Sequence record: NC_019401.1
Strand: one strand, 5' to 3'
DNA: 64,000 bases
This document shows positions 54,101-62,794 of the stretch, in pieces. The position numbers were made by a program, and so were the translations under genes. The notes under the pieces are model-generated. The model had not been told where the DNA came from, ran no database searches, and saw only the letters and a list, made by a program, of their open reading frames with translations. Position 1 is the first letter of the stretch. Every line of letters begins with the position of its first letter.

Positions 54101-54559
54101 ATGACTCATATCGTCTATAACACCCTTTTTAATAGTTTAAACAAACCGTTGGTTAACATTACTGTAGAAGATGAAGCTCTACAATATGCACTCGAAACAA
54201 ATTCAGCAATTGGTGGGATGGCTCCTTTTGTTTTCAGTAAACTACTTTTAAAAGATAAAAATCCATCGATTGTTGAACATGGAAAAGGTCTATGCATTAC
54301 TATTCCGGGTGATAATAAAAAGTATAAATGCATCATCTATTCAAATGAATCTGGTTCTTTGAATGATACTAAGATGCGTAGTAAATTGATCAATCAGGGT
54401 TTTCATAAACTTAATATTGATGGTGATACTTCATCTCTTTCACCTATTAAAGACGGTGATGTTTTCTTAATTGCACATTATACATCGAAAGATAAAAATT
54501 TAAAATACGCTGGTGAATTTTCAGTGGAATCTATTTTAAAGGTTGTTGATAAAAAATGA
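54101..54559 (+). CDS. hypothetical protein, first gene of the DUF262 operon (possibly PUA/SRA-like)
   Basis: AGGA RBS; ATGA overlap with DUF262; C-terminal KYAGEFSV. Confidence 0.65.
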   Translation: MTHIVYNTLFNSLNKPLVNITVEDEALQYALETNSAIGGMAPFVFSKLLLKDKNPSIVEHGKGLCITIPGDNKKYKCIIYSNESGSLNDTKMRSKLINQGFHKLNIDGDTSSLSPIKDGDVFLIAHYTSKDKNLKYAGEFSVESILKVVDKK

Positions 54560-55740
54560 AAAACATTGTTCAAGATTGTAAAATGGTGAGTATTCGTGAA
54601 TTAATGGATATTAAACTTACAATTCCTCACTATCAGCGTGAAAACACATGGAGTATTAAACAGAAGCAGTTCTTGTTAGATTCAATAATTAAAGGTTATC
54701 CAATAACTTCGTTTCTTTTATGTAAATCTAATGAAGAACTAAGTTTTGATTTAGTTGATGCGAAGCATCGTTATCAGACTATTTGTGAATTTAAAAATAA
54801 TAAACTACCATACACATTTTATAACGATGATGGTAAGCGTATAAACCTGTTTTATGGGACTGATGATGAATCTGAAAAAGAGATTATATACAATTCGTAT
54901 AATAATGTATCTATCATGAGTTCTGATATGCGGGCGGCGTTTGATTCTTACAATATTATTTTACAAATATTCAGTTCCGAAGATTACGAAGTTAATGCGG
55001 AAATTTTCAAGCGTGTAAACACATCAGGTAAAAAAGCAAATAAAGCTGAAATCAAAGCCAGCCAAACATCTGGATCTGACTATCATGTAATGCTAAACAG
55101 CATTTTAAAAGCTTCTGAAAATATTTCACCTAACCTTAAATTGAAAGTATTAAACTTCTTTGAGTGTTTAGATAAAGAAAAAACTGGAACAACTGACCTA
55201 CGTTATAGTCGTTTAACTAACGATAAAAGTATTAAAAGTTTGAAATATAGCAATATTTTTCATAAAATTGAAGTGTATTGTAGTATTGCTAAGAATATCG
55301 TGGAACACATCTCTGAACCATATGATAAATTGATTTTTAAAATACCGAATATTAATTTGGCAATCGATGAAATTATTGATTCAAAGTTTGAATTATCTGA
55401 AATGGACGCGATCCATGATTTTAATACTATGTACAATGATTTATTAAAGGCTGTTGGATATTTCGGAGGGAAGTTTTCCATTAATAAGAAAACTTTCAAT
55501 GAAACAATGATGTGTGTGTTTACTGCTTTGGTCAAAGAACGTTCAAGTGAAATTGGTCCAATGTTTAGTTCTTATTGGATAAAGAACCTTGATACTATGT
55601 GCAAACAGGCAGAGACTTATTTTCCGCATAAATCACTTGACAGTGCTGGTAGTATAGTTCGTGCATTTAAATTCGTAAACGAATATTTTGATTATGCAAT
55701 TAATAAAGTTGAAATCGGCGGTGACGAGGTGGGAAAGTAG
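54556..55740 (+). CDS. DUF262 (GmrS/ParB-like) domain protein
   Basis: IPHYQR..W...LLDSIIKGYPI...VDAKHR (variant of DGQQR). Confidence 0.8.
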   Translation: MKNIVQDCKMVSIRELMDIKLTIPHYQRENTWSIKQKQFLLDSIIKGYPITSFLLCKSNEELSFDLVDAKHRYQTICEFKNNKLPYTFYNDDGKRINLFYGTDDESEKEIIYNSYNNVSIMSSDMRAAFDSYNIILQIFSSEDYEVNAEIFKRVNTSGKKANKAEIKASQTSGSDYHVMLNSILKASENISPNLKLKVLNFFECLDKEKTGTTDLRYSRLTNDKSIKSLKYSNIFHKIEVYCSIAKNIVEHISEPYDKLIFKIPNINLAIDEIIDSKFELSEMDAIHDFNTMYNDLLKAVGYFGGKFSINKKTFNETMMCVFTALVKERSSEIGPMFSSYWIKNLDTMCKQAETYFPHKSLDSAGSIVRAFKFVNEYFDYAINKVEIGGDEVGK

Positions 55741-55964
55741 AAAAGAGGCGTTCACTTTATAACTTAAAATCGTTGCTGTTATTGAGTCATAAATATTGTT
55801 ATCTGTGTGATTTAAAATTCAAACCCACTGATTCAATAAATGTTGACCACTTTATTTCTCTTGCAATTGGTGGTTCAAACAAAATAACGAACTTGCGACC
55901 TACACATGAACGATGTAATAAAATAAAAGGAATTAGGATAATCAATTTAAAGGGAATTATATGA
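55725..55964 (+). CDS. HNH domain in the -1 frame (no good independent start)
   Basis: CYLC...VDHFISLAIGGSNKITNLRPTHERCNKIKG; frame opens after TGA at 55722-24. Confidence 0.75.
   Translation, partial: RGGKVEKRRSLYNLKSLLLLSHKYCYLCDLKFKPTDSINVDHFISLAIGGSNKITNLRPTHERCNKIKGIRIINLKGII
55731..55737 (+). promoter_or_regulatory. candidate -1 ribosomal frameshift heptamer G-GGA-AAG
   Basis: In the correct register immediately before TAG; the -1 frame is open into the HNH domain. Confidence 0.6.
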
Positions 55965-56794
55965 GTATTAAAAATAAGTTGGATCAGTACTACACAAATC
56001 CAGATTATGCAAAATATTGTTTCGATATAAGTCAATCAATTATATCTGAAAAGATGAATGTTGAATCATGTTTCTATTTGGAACCTTGTGTCGGTACTGG
56101 TTCTTTTTATAAACTCTTTCCAGAGGGTAGAAAATTTGGGTTCGATATTGAACCTGTTTATGTTGACGATAATGTGATAAAAGCTGACTTTTTAGAAGAA
56201 ATGTTTGTGAACCAGAAATGTCCAAACTCTGATATGATTGTTATTAGTAACCCACCATTCGGGCGGCTATCATCGCTTGCAGTTAAATTCTTTAATAAAT
56301 GTGCAAATATTAAAGAAGTAAAATATATTTCATTCATAGTACCTATGACTTTTAGAAAGGTTGCAACTCAGAATAAATTACATGAGAATTTTCATTTAAT
56401 CTACGATGAGATTTCACCGCATGATTCGTTTATACTACATGGAGAACCTCATCATGTACCATGTGTTCTACAAATTTGGGAACGCAGGGATCATGAAATT
56501 CGTGCTAAACATAAAATAAAAAATGAATCCGAATATTTCACATACTGTACAAAAGATGAAGCGGATTTATACATTAAGCGTGTCGGAACTAAAGCGGGAG
56601 AAATAGCAGAACCAGGAACAGAACATAAAGACGCTAGTATGTACTACATAAAAACAGATCATAAAGATAAAATATATCAAATTATGAACAGTGCATCTTA
56701 CTTAACTGATATTAAAGCTATTCGCCAAACGACTGCTGGCGTATACTGTGTTTCAAAGTCTGAACTTGTTATAAACATTGAAAAATACTGGTAA
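55961..56794 (+). CDS. N6-adenine DNA methyltransferase
   Basis: DQYYT, LEPCVGTG motif I, DFL, NPPF motif IV; ATGA overlap with HNH. Confidence 0.85.
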   Translation: MSIKNKLDQYYTNPDYAKYCFDISQSIISEKMNVESCFYLEPCVGTGSFYKLFPEGRKFGFDIEPVYVDDNVIKADFLEEMFVNQKCPNSDMIVISNPPFGRLSSLAVKFFNKCANIKEVKYISFIVPMTFRKVATQNKLHENFHLIYDEISPHDSFILHGEPHHVPCVLQIWERRDHEIRAKHKIKNESEYFTYCTKDEADLYIKRVGTKAGEIAEPGTEHKDASMYYIKTDHKDKIYQIMNSASYLTDIKAIRQTTAGVYCVSKSELVINIEKYW

Positions 56795-56805
56795 TTTAGA
56801 AAAAA

Positions 56806-56838
56806 GGGGTTGACTTCGGTCAGCCCTTTTGTTATTAT
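56806..56838 (+). promoter_or_regulatory. composite terminator/promoter
   Basis: GGGGTTGAC-TTCG-GTCAGCCC-TTTT; TTGACT-N17-TATTAT. Confidence 0.75.
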
Positions 56839-56880
56839 GGAAGGACTGAAGCAAAAAATAACTTTTAAGAGAGAAAAAAG

Positions 56881-57795
56881 ATGAAAGTGCTGAACTGTCG
56901 TAATGTTAAATTCAAAGGTGAATTCGTTCTGAATAACATCACTTCATTACGTAAGAATTATAAATTTAATTCTGGAGTTTTGGCTTTGATCGAAGTAGCT
57001 AAACGTGATGGATTGAAATGTGATACCTGTGGGAACTGCGACATACACTTTAAATTAATTCCCGAATCCGGTATGGCTATGTTTATGGGTAAGGTTCGTA
57101 TGACACGTGACCATGACCTTCTGAATTCTCTGAATGGCTCAGATGATGTTGATAACCAGCATCTTCTTTGTGAGGACTGCAATCAACTACGTGGCAATCG
57201 ATTTGCTCAGTATAAAGAATTTAAAGACTGGTATGAAAGCGTCATTGCTGAAGGAAAAGATCCTAAAAAAGTAGTTAATAAATTAAATCGTAATTTTTCA
57301 TATACAGATTATGAAAAGAATGGTTACTCTAATAAAAACCCAATTCAAATAGTTCAAAAAGATGTTATGCCTGATTATCTTAAAGAAGGATTAACTAAAC
57401 ACTTCTTAAAACATAATGCATTTCGTGTAACAAAAGATTTTTATAGTCTCAGTACTATGTATTCATATACAGAAAAAGCCTGGGATGACTTTCTTAACGA
57501 ACTTATGGTACTTGTAGTTAAACATCGTACTAATAAAATTACACCAGTAAACAACAATAAATTTAGTGTTTATAAGTACAAGAAGTCTAATAAGTCTTTA
57601 GAAACATTCCTGCTCCATCTTAACACTGCGTTTAAAAAAGAATATCAAGAACGCAAAAAGGTAGCAGTCGATGTTACTGAACAGAGTTTTACTGTAATTC
57701 CAGTTCAAGAAGAACAATCAATCGCTAAGGTATCAGTATTCAGTAATATACTGCAACGGTTTAAAAATATGTTCCAGACATTTGTGGCAGCATAA
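56881..57795 (+). CDS. HNH-domain protein (paralogue of 49983-50480)
   Basis: CDTCG...RDHDLLNSLNGSDDVDNQHLLCEDCNQLRGN. Confidence 0.8.
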   Translation: MKVLNCRNVKFKGEFVLNNITSLRKNYKFNSGVLALIEVAKRDGLKCDTCGNCDIHFKLIPESGMAMFMGKVRMTRDHDLLNSLNGSDDVDNQHLLCEDCNQLRGNRFAQYKEFKDWYESVIAEGKDPKKVVNKLNRNFSYTDYEKNGYSNKNPIQIVQKDVMPDYLKEGLTKHFLKHNAFRVTKDFYSLSTMYSYTEKAWDDFLNELMVLVVKHRTNKITPVNNNKFSVYKYKKSNKSLETFLLHLNTAFKKEYQERKKVAVDVTEQSFTVIPVQEEQSIAKVSVFSNILQRFKNMFQTFVAA

Positions 57796-58061
57796 TAACA
57801 AAGGAACCGCAGATGCGTTACGACAAATTTTAAACGATTGATTCACCATATTAACAGTTTTAGGTGTGTCAATTTACGTAAACTTTGGTTCCAGTAGTTT
57901 TTACATCTATTTGATAAGTTACTGAATACTGATTGAGTTAATGCTTTGTTGTATACAAATAGACGTGGAAGCGGTAGCATGTATTAACTCCTAATATTTT
58001 TGGTTTACCCCTTGACTTCACTCATTTTTTTTGGTATTCTATGGGTGTTGAGTAGGAGGGG

Positions 58062-58850
58062 TTGTGTATGATTAATCGACGTGATGTACTAAAACTGCGT
58101 ATCGCTGAAAACTTCGAAGCGATGATGGATACATTAGAATGTATCCTTGATCCATTGAACCCTATCAAGGCTATGACCGTGACAGGAGCGAGTGGTATTG
58201 GTAAATCGTATAACCTGATTAAACGGTTAGAAGATGCACATGATCGTGGATATTGTAACTACCACTACCTGAACGGTAAATGTACTGGCTTAGGTTTATA
58301 TCAGGCATTGTATAATGCACGTGAATTAGGCTCAGTACTGTTAATGGATGACGTTGATGTATTCGATACAGAAGATAAACTGAACCTTCTGAAAGCATCA
58401 CTGGAATCTGATGATACTCGTATCATTACCTATATGAGTTCATCACGCCATTTGGCTGACAATGGCATACCTACACAATTTGAATTCTGCGGCAAAGTTA
58501 TTTTCATCACTAACAAAGACCTGGTGAAAATCTCTGATGCGAATTCAGCATTGTCTCCACATGTCGATGCATTGATGACTCGTGGTGTGTTCATCGATCT
58601 GGAAATCCATGATAACGAAAGTATTATGATTCATATCGAAAACATCATGCGTAATACTAATATTGTTAAAGGTCTTGGTGTTCCTTCTGACGGGGCAGAA
58701 CAGATCCTCAACTTTATGCTGAAAAATAGTGCGAACCTGCGAAAGCCATCACTACGTATGCCAGTACAGTTAGCAGGGCTGTACTTACAATTTCCCGAAA
58801 AATGGGAGCAACATGCAATGAAAGTATGCGTAAAATCAAATAAGGTATAA
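58062..58850 (+). CDS. P-loop AAA-type ATPase
   Basis: GASGIGKS Walker A; LLMDDVD Walker B; IFITN. Confidence 0.85.
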   Translation: MCMINRRDVLKLRIAENFEAMMDTLECILDPLNPIKAMTVTGASGIGKSYNLIKRLEDAHDRGYCNYHYLNGKCTGLGLYQALYNARELGSVLLMDDVDVFDTEDKLNLLKASLESDDTRIITYMSSSRHLADNGIPTQFEFCGKVIFITNKDLVKISDANSALSPHVDALMTRGVFIDLEIHDNESIMIHIENIMRNTNIVKGLGVPSDGAEQILNFMLKNSANLRKPSLRMPVQLAGLYLQFPEKWEQHAMKVCVKSNKV

Positions 58851-58851
58851 T

Positions 58852-59175
58852 ATGGTAGAAATGATAATTCAAATCCTGGCAGTGGTGAACATTATTACCA
58901 TTCTTGTAATGTTTATCGGGTACTGGACGTATGCTGATTACTACACGAATATGGATGGTAGTAACCGCTATTTGTACTGGCTGATTACTGGATTCACCCT
59001 TGGTATCTGTATAGAATGTGCTATCATCGCAGACCACGAAAGGCTGTTAACAATACTTACGCGAATTTTTGCAATACAAGCTGCATTAATTATTTCGTAC
59101 TTTGTATTATCAGTAATTATTATTAATTTCGTTAAGTCCAGAAAGTACTTCGGGCAAAAACGAAATAAACTATGA
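58852..59175 (+). CDS. three-TM family protein 1
   Basis: W.YADYY...YFGQKRNK. Confidence 0.7.
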   Translation: MVEMIIQILAVVNIITILVMFIGYWTYADYYTNMDGSNRYLYWLITGFTLGICIECAIIADHERLLTILTRIFAIQAALIISYFVLSVIIINFVKSRKYFGQKRNKL

Positions 59176-59186
59176 GATATTAATTT

Positions 59187-59546
59187 ATGATTGATATTTT
59201 CGTATACACAAATGCAATAATCTGGTTCGTCGGTGGTGTAGTACTTCTTGTCGGCAATCTTACATACGCGAATTACTATACTAAAATCAAATCCTCAAGT
59301 ATGGAAGCTTTTTGGATGGTTTATACAATCGCAGTTGGTCTTGCGTTGTTCAACTTCTTGATTGCATTTACTGTTAATCACTTTGCTGAAGCAAGTGTAC
59401 CACAAAAACCATCTGCATCCTATTATGGTATGGCTATACTTGCGGGTGAATCAGTAATTATATACTTTGTACTTTCTTGTATGATGCTAATTTCTGGATT
59501 CATTAAACTAAAACAATATTTCGGTCGCAAACGTAATAAAATTTAA
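59187..59546 (+). CDS. three-TM family protein 2
   Basis: TYANYY...YFGRKRNK. Confidence 0.7.
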   Translation: MIDIFVYTNAIIWFVGGVVLLVGNLTYANYYTKIKSSSMEAFWMVYTIAVGLALFNFLIAFTVNHFAEASVPQKPSASYYGMAILAGESVIIYFVLSCMMLISGFIKLKQYFGRKRNKI

Positions 59547-59557
59547 GGTACATAAAA

Positions 59558-60322
59558 ATGATCAAACTCTGCTTCGAAGATAAAACTCTGAAAGACCTGG
59601 ATGCTAACCTTCTTCCGTTTGTCCAGTGGAAATCTGTAACAGTTGCTGATACCGAAGGCGTACCAACTGAAGTACTGTCAAAGTATGTGTTCGAAATGGC
59701 TAAACCAGTAATGAAATCACTGGTTAAAAATAATCGCATCGATCTGTCAAATCTGAATACTAAACAGTGGATTGACCTGATTGATGAGGCAAACCGCGAC
59801 GGGTACAGTATTTTTGATTTAGTCCAGGTTCCGTATGGTGTTATTATGGAAATTATGAATGATGGCACACGTCGCCGCCGTCATGCATCGAAAATCGCAC
59901 GTACTCAAAACCAAATGCCAGTAGAGCTTGCACTTAAACACCTTGATACGTATAGTATCAAAGACGTTATGCGTACTGGATCTAATATGGCATTGCTGGA
60001 TTATATGTTCAGCGATGAAGGTGTTTCCATTCTTAAACTGGAACACAATGTGAATCACTTTACTTATGTGACTTCAGCAGAAGCGGCGAAACTCGGTTTA
60101 AAAATTAAAAATCGTACAATCAGTACTGGAGTTCTTCGCCGTGCTGGTGCGTGTAGTAATGGTATGTCGTACTGTACTAAAATTCTTAAAGAACTGAACG
60201 TCGATTCAATCACGTGGGATGATGCAATTAAAACAATTCGCAGTAATCCTAAACTTCAAAACCGTGCATCATTGTTTGAGTATATGGATTGGATCGTTGC
60301 TCACTCCCGCCGCATGGATTAA
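59558..60322 (+). CDS. protein with C-terminal LRRAGACSNG domain
   Basis: Shares the PC/AC..G domain with 47514-48512 and 49112-49915. Confidence 0.75.
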   Translation: MIKLCFEDKTLKDLDANLLPFVQWKSVTVADTEGVPTEVLSKYVFEMAKPVMKSLVKNNRIDLSNLNTKQWIDLIDEANRDGYSIFDLVQVPYGVIMEIMNDGTRRRRHASKIARTQNQMPVELALKHLDTYSIKDVMRTGSNMALLDYMFSDEGVSILKLEHNVNHFTYVTSAEAAKLGLKIKNRTISTGVLRRAGACSNGMSYCTKILKELNVDSITWDDAIKTIRSNPKLQNRASLFEYMDWIVAHSRRMD

Positions 60323-60367
60323 TAACATTATACTTTAAACTCCCTTCGGGGAGTTTTTGAGGTTTAT

Positions 60368-60721
60368 ATGATACCTGATTGGCTATATTATGTAGCATTC
60401 ACTTGCTATTTGTTGAACGCTTCTTCAGTAATAGTACTTTTTATCGGTTGGTTAACACACGCTGGGTACTACTATAAATTAATGAACAAGGTAGATGAAA
60501 TACTTTTTTCTGCGTTAATGATCACTAATCTTTGTGTAATTTTCGCTGGAGTCATCGTGTACATAATCGATAATAGTTATGACAAAACAGAATTCAAGAT
60601 GATATGCATGATGAACGCTTTTATAGTTTTATGCGTCCTTGTATGTATCGTGGTCAAATATGTTATCGGATTTGTGCTAAAATTACACAACTATTTCGGA
60701 GAAAAACGGGGAATTAAATGA
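60368..60721 (+). CDS. three-TM family protein 3
   Basis: WLTHAGYY...YFGEKRG. Confidence 0.7.
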   Translation: MIPDWLYYVAFTCYLLNASSVIVLFIGWLTHAGYYYKLMNKVDEILFSALMITNLCVIFAGVIVYIIDNSYDKTEFKMICMMNAFIVLCVLVCIVVKYVIGFVLKLHNYFGEKRGIK

Positions 60722-61056
60722 GCGAAATTATTGACTTCATCAAAGAGTATGCAGTATTTTATGCCATTCCATTTTATGCAGTATGTATATTTTATGTAAT
60801 GCTCTTGCTGGGATGGTTTTTCAGTACTGATTATTATGATAGCATTTATGAAGCATTTGATACAGGTGATGATGATTTTCATGCTGTCCATATTGCATGT
60901 TTAATCATTATCGCGATTGAATCCTGTGCTATATACTTTGGTGGTATTCAATGCAATGGTTCAATACTATTGAATAGTTTTCTATGGGCTTTTCTTGGAG
61001 CACCAGCATTGTATACATTAAGGTTATATCTGCGTCAGAAACGAGGTAAGTTATGA
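60718..61056 (+). CDS. three-TM family protein 4
   Basis: WFFSTDYY...YLRQKRGK. Confidence 0.7.
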   Translation: MSEIIDFIKEYAVFYAIPFYAVCIFYVMLLLGWFFSTDYYDSIYEAFDTGDDDFHAVHIACLIIIAIESCAIYFGGIQCNGSILLNSFLWAFLGAPALYTLRLYLRQKRGKL

Positions 61057-61400
61057 ATTCATGGGATAAGTTTATGAGCTTCGCGTTTTATATTTCATTC
61101 CCTACGCAAGCTTATATCGTGTTTTACATTTTTATGCTTGTTATGTGGTTGTTTGCAACGGATTTATATGATAAGTTCCGAGATGCCTTTTTAAATGATG
61201 ACTCTAAGTTTCTTTTTTTGGTATTTTTAGGGTTGTCGGTTATCAACGTTATACTCGGATATTTCATCACATGGGAAAATCCAATTAACTACATACTGAA
61301 TATTGTTATGGTAATATATCTAACAATACTCATTGGTATATTCATTTACGAAAAACTACAAACATTCCACAACTATTGTCGAAGGAAACGCGGAAAATGA
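61053..61400 (+). CDS. three-TM family protein 5
   Basis: WLFATDLY...YCRRKRGK. Confidence 0.7.
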   Translation: MNSWDKFMSFAFYISFPTQAYIVFYIFMLVMWLFATDLYDKFRDAFLNDDSKFLFLVFLGLSVINVILGYFITWENPINYILNIVMVIYLTILIGIFIYEKLQTFHNYCRRKRGK

Positions 61401-61741
61401 CATTCACAATTTTATGCCATATAGTCAATGGCCTTGTATTACTTTTAGCAGTACTGTGTGTACTGGACTGGACACTTGCTAAGGATAAACTAAATCCTGC
61501 AATTGAAAAATTCTGTGAAAAACATATCAGTCCAGAATATGCATGTCCAATCTTTGGCTGTATTTTCATAGCACTATTATCAGCTATTGGGTATCTTGTA
61601 TTCGGTGGGTTATTTTTCAGTACAATGTACCTAGTCAGTACTGGTACTGCAATGGTAATGGTAGTGATCGTATTAGTGTTTATGGCACTAACAAAAGGGC
61701 TATCCAGTATCCGAAAATATATTCTTTCCAAGAAAAAATAA
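61376..61741 (+). CDS. membrane protein
   Basis: Three hydrophobic segments; likely start ATG 61397. Confidence 0.65.
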   Translation: MSKETRKMTFTILCHIVNGLVLLLAVLCVLDWTLAKDKLNPAIEKFCEKHISPEYACPIFGCIFIALLSAIGYLVFGGLFFSTMYLVSTGTAMVMVVIVLVFMALTKGLSSIRKYILSKKK

Positions 61742-61810
61742 TAATTTTCCTTGACTTATACTTACAAATACCTCATAATAGTGGTATCAAATAAACAATA
61801 AGGTTTAAAA

Positions 61811-62089
61811 ATGAAAAAAGATATTGTTGTTACAATCGCTAAACGTACTATGACTGAAGTCAAAGAACAACTGTCCGAAGTTCCATTTATTGCTCAGTGT
61901 TGGGCTATTATGGGATTGCTTCTCGTAAGCTGGGGTGTGATGTTTCTTTGCGTAGTACTACAACTTTTCTTTATCGCGTATGAACAGTACAAAGAAGTAC
62001 TTTCTGAAATCGAAGATGGTACTGAAGAATTCGAAACTCAGAAAAAAGTTAATACTTCTGTACCTGAAGAAGAAAAGAAAGAACAATAA
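61811..62089 (+). CDS. single-TM protein
   Basis: Own promoter; central TM. Confidence 0.65.
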   Translation: MKKDIVVTIAKRTMTEVKEQLSEVPFIAQCWAIMGLLLVSWGVMFLCVVLQLFFIAYEQYKEVLSEIEDGTEEFETQKKVNTSVPEEEKKEQ

Positions 62090-62142
62090 TACAGTACTTA
62101 CCCACGTTTAATTAGGTGGGTTTTTAATTGCGAGGAAAACAA

Positions 62143-62766
62143 ATGAAACGTACTAAGAACATTAATAAAGATCGTTTCCGCAAAGTACATTCATTCTGGA
62201 AATACAGTGCACTGTTCGTTGCAATGAGTGCCGCTTCAATGTTCCTGACTGGATGTGATGAACCGGAAAATGTATCCGTGTACCAAACTATCCAGGACTG
62301 CGAACGTTCAGCAGAAAACGATGCAGCTAAGCAAAAATGTGCTCTCGATTACCAGAACGCATTAGCTCAGAATAAAAGTACTGCACCCAAATACAGTTCA
62401 CAACGTGATTGTGAAGATGAATTCGGCGTAAATCAATGTACCACAACTAACAGTACTCATAGCTCTTTGATGTGGTTCCCATTGATGAGCGGCTATAGTT
62501 CTTCTCATTCGAACTATCAAAGCCAGCCATTGTATTCCAGTACTCGCTATAACTCACCGTTCCACGGTAAGTTCGTTGATGCAAATGGTAATTCATTCGG
62601 TTCATTTAAACCATCTGGAACTGCTTCTGTATCTAAGTCTGCATTAGCAAGTAAGCCAGCAGTAACCACTACTACAACTCGTGGTGGATTTGGCAGTACT
62701 GTATCATCCCATGCAGCAAAAAGTTCTTCCTTCCATTCATCAGGCAGTCGTAGCTTCGGTGGATAA
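62143..62766 (+). CDS. DUF1190/UPF0441 lipoprotein (YgiB-like)
   Basis: MKRTKNI...FRK, LTGC lipobox, TAPKY...DC..EFG..QC, W.PLM.GY, TTTRGGFG, SRSFGG all parallel enterobacterial YgiB. Confidence 0.9.
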   Translation: MKRTKNINKDRFRKVHSFWKYSALFVAMSAASMFLTGCDEPENVSVYQTIQDCERSAENDAAKQKCALDYQNALAQNKSTAPKYSSQRDCEDEFGVNQCTTTNSTHSSLMWFPLMSGYSSSHSNYQSQPLYSSTRYNSPFHGKFVDANGNSFGSFKPSGTASVSKSALASKPAVTTTTTRGGFGSTVSSHAAKSSSFHSSGSRSFGG

Positions 62767-62770
62767 AACA

Positions 62771-62792
62771 AAAGCCCCTATATAGGGGCTTT
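62771..62792. terminator. bidirectional terminator
   Basis: AAAGCCCCTA-TA-TAGGGGCTTT between convergent genes. Confidence 0.8.
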
Positions 62793-62794
62793 TA

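Noticed and set aside
57843-57980. Minus-strand 45-codon ORF MLPLPRLFVYN... with AGGAG RBS, resembling the MLPFAR start of virion genes
   Set aside because: Similarity is limited to a few residues; it may be a remnant but cannot be supported.
1213-61794. The many minus-strand and nested ORFs in the track that overlap longer + strand genes
   Set aside because: Antisense shadows without RBS or recognisable motifs; the only supported minus-strand genes are 28888-29628, 31408-32541, 62795-63448, 63458-64000 and the partial gene at 1-36.
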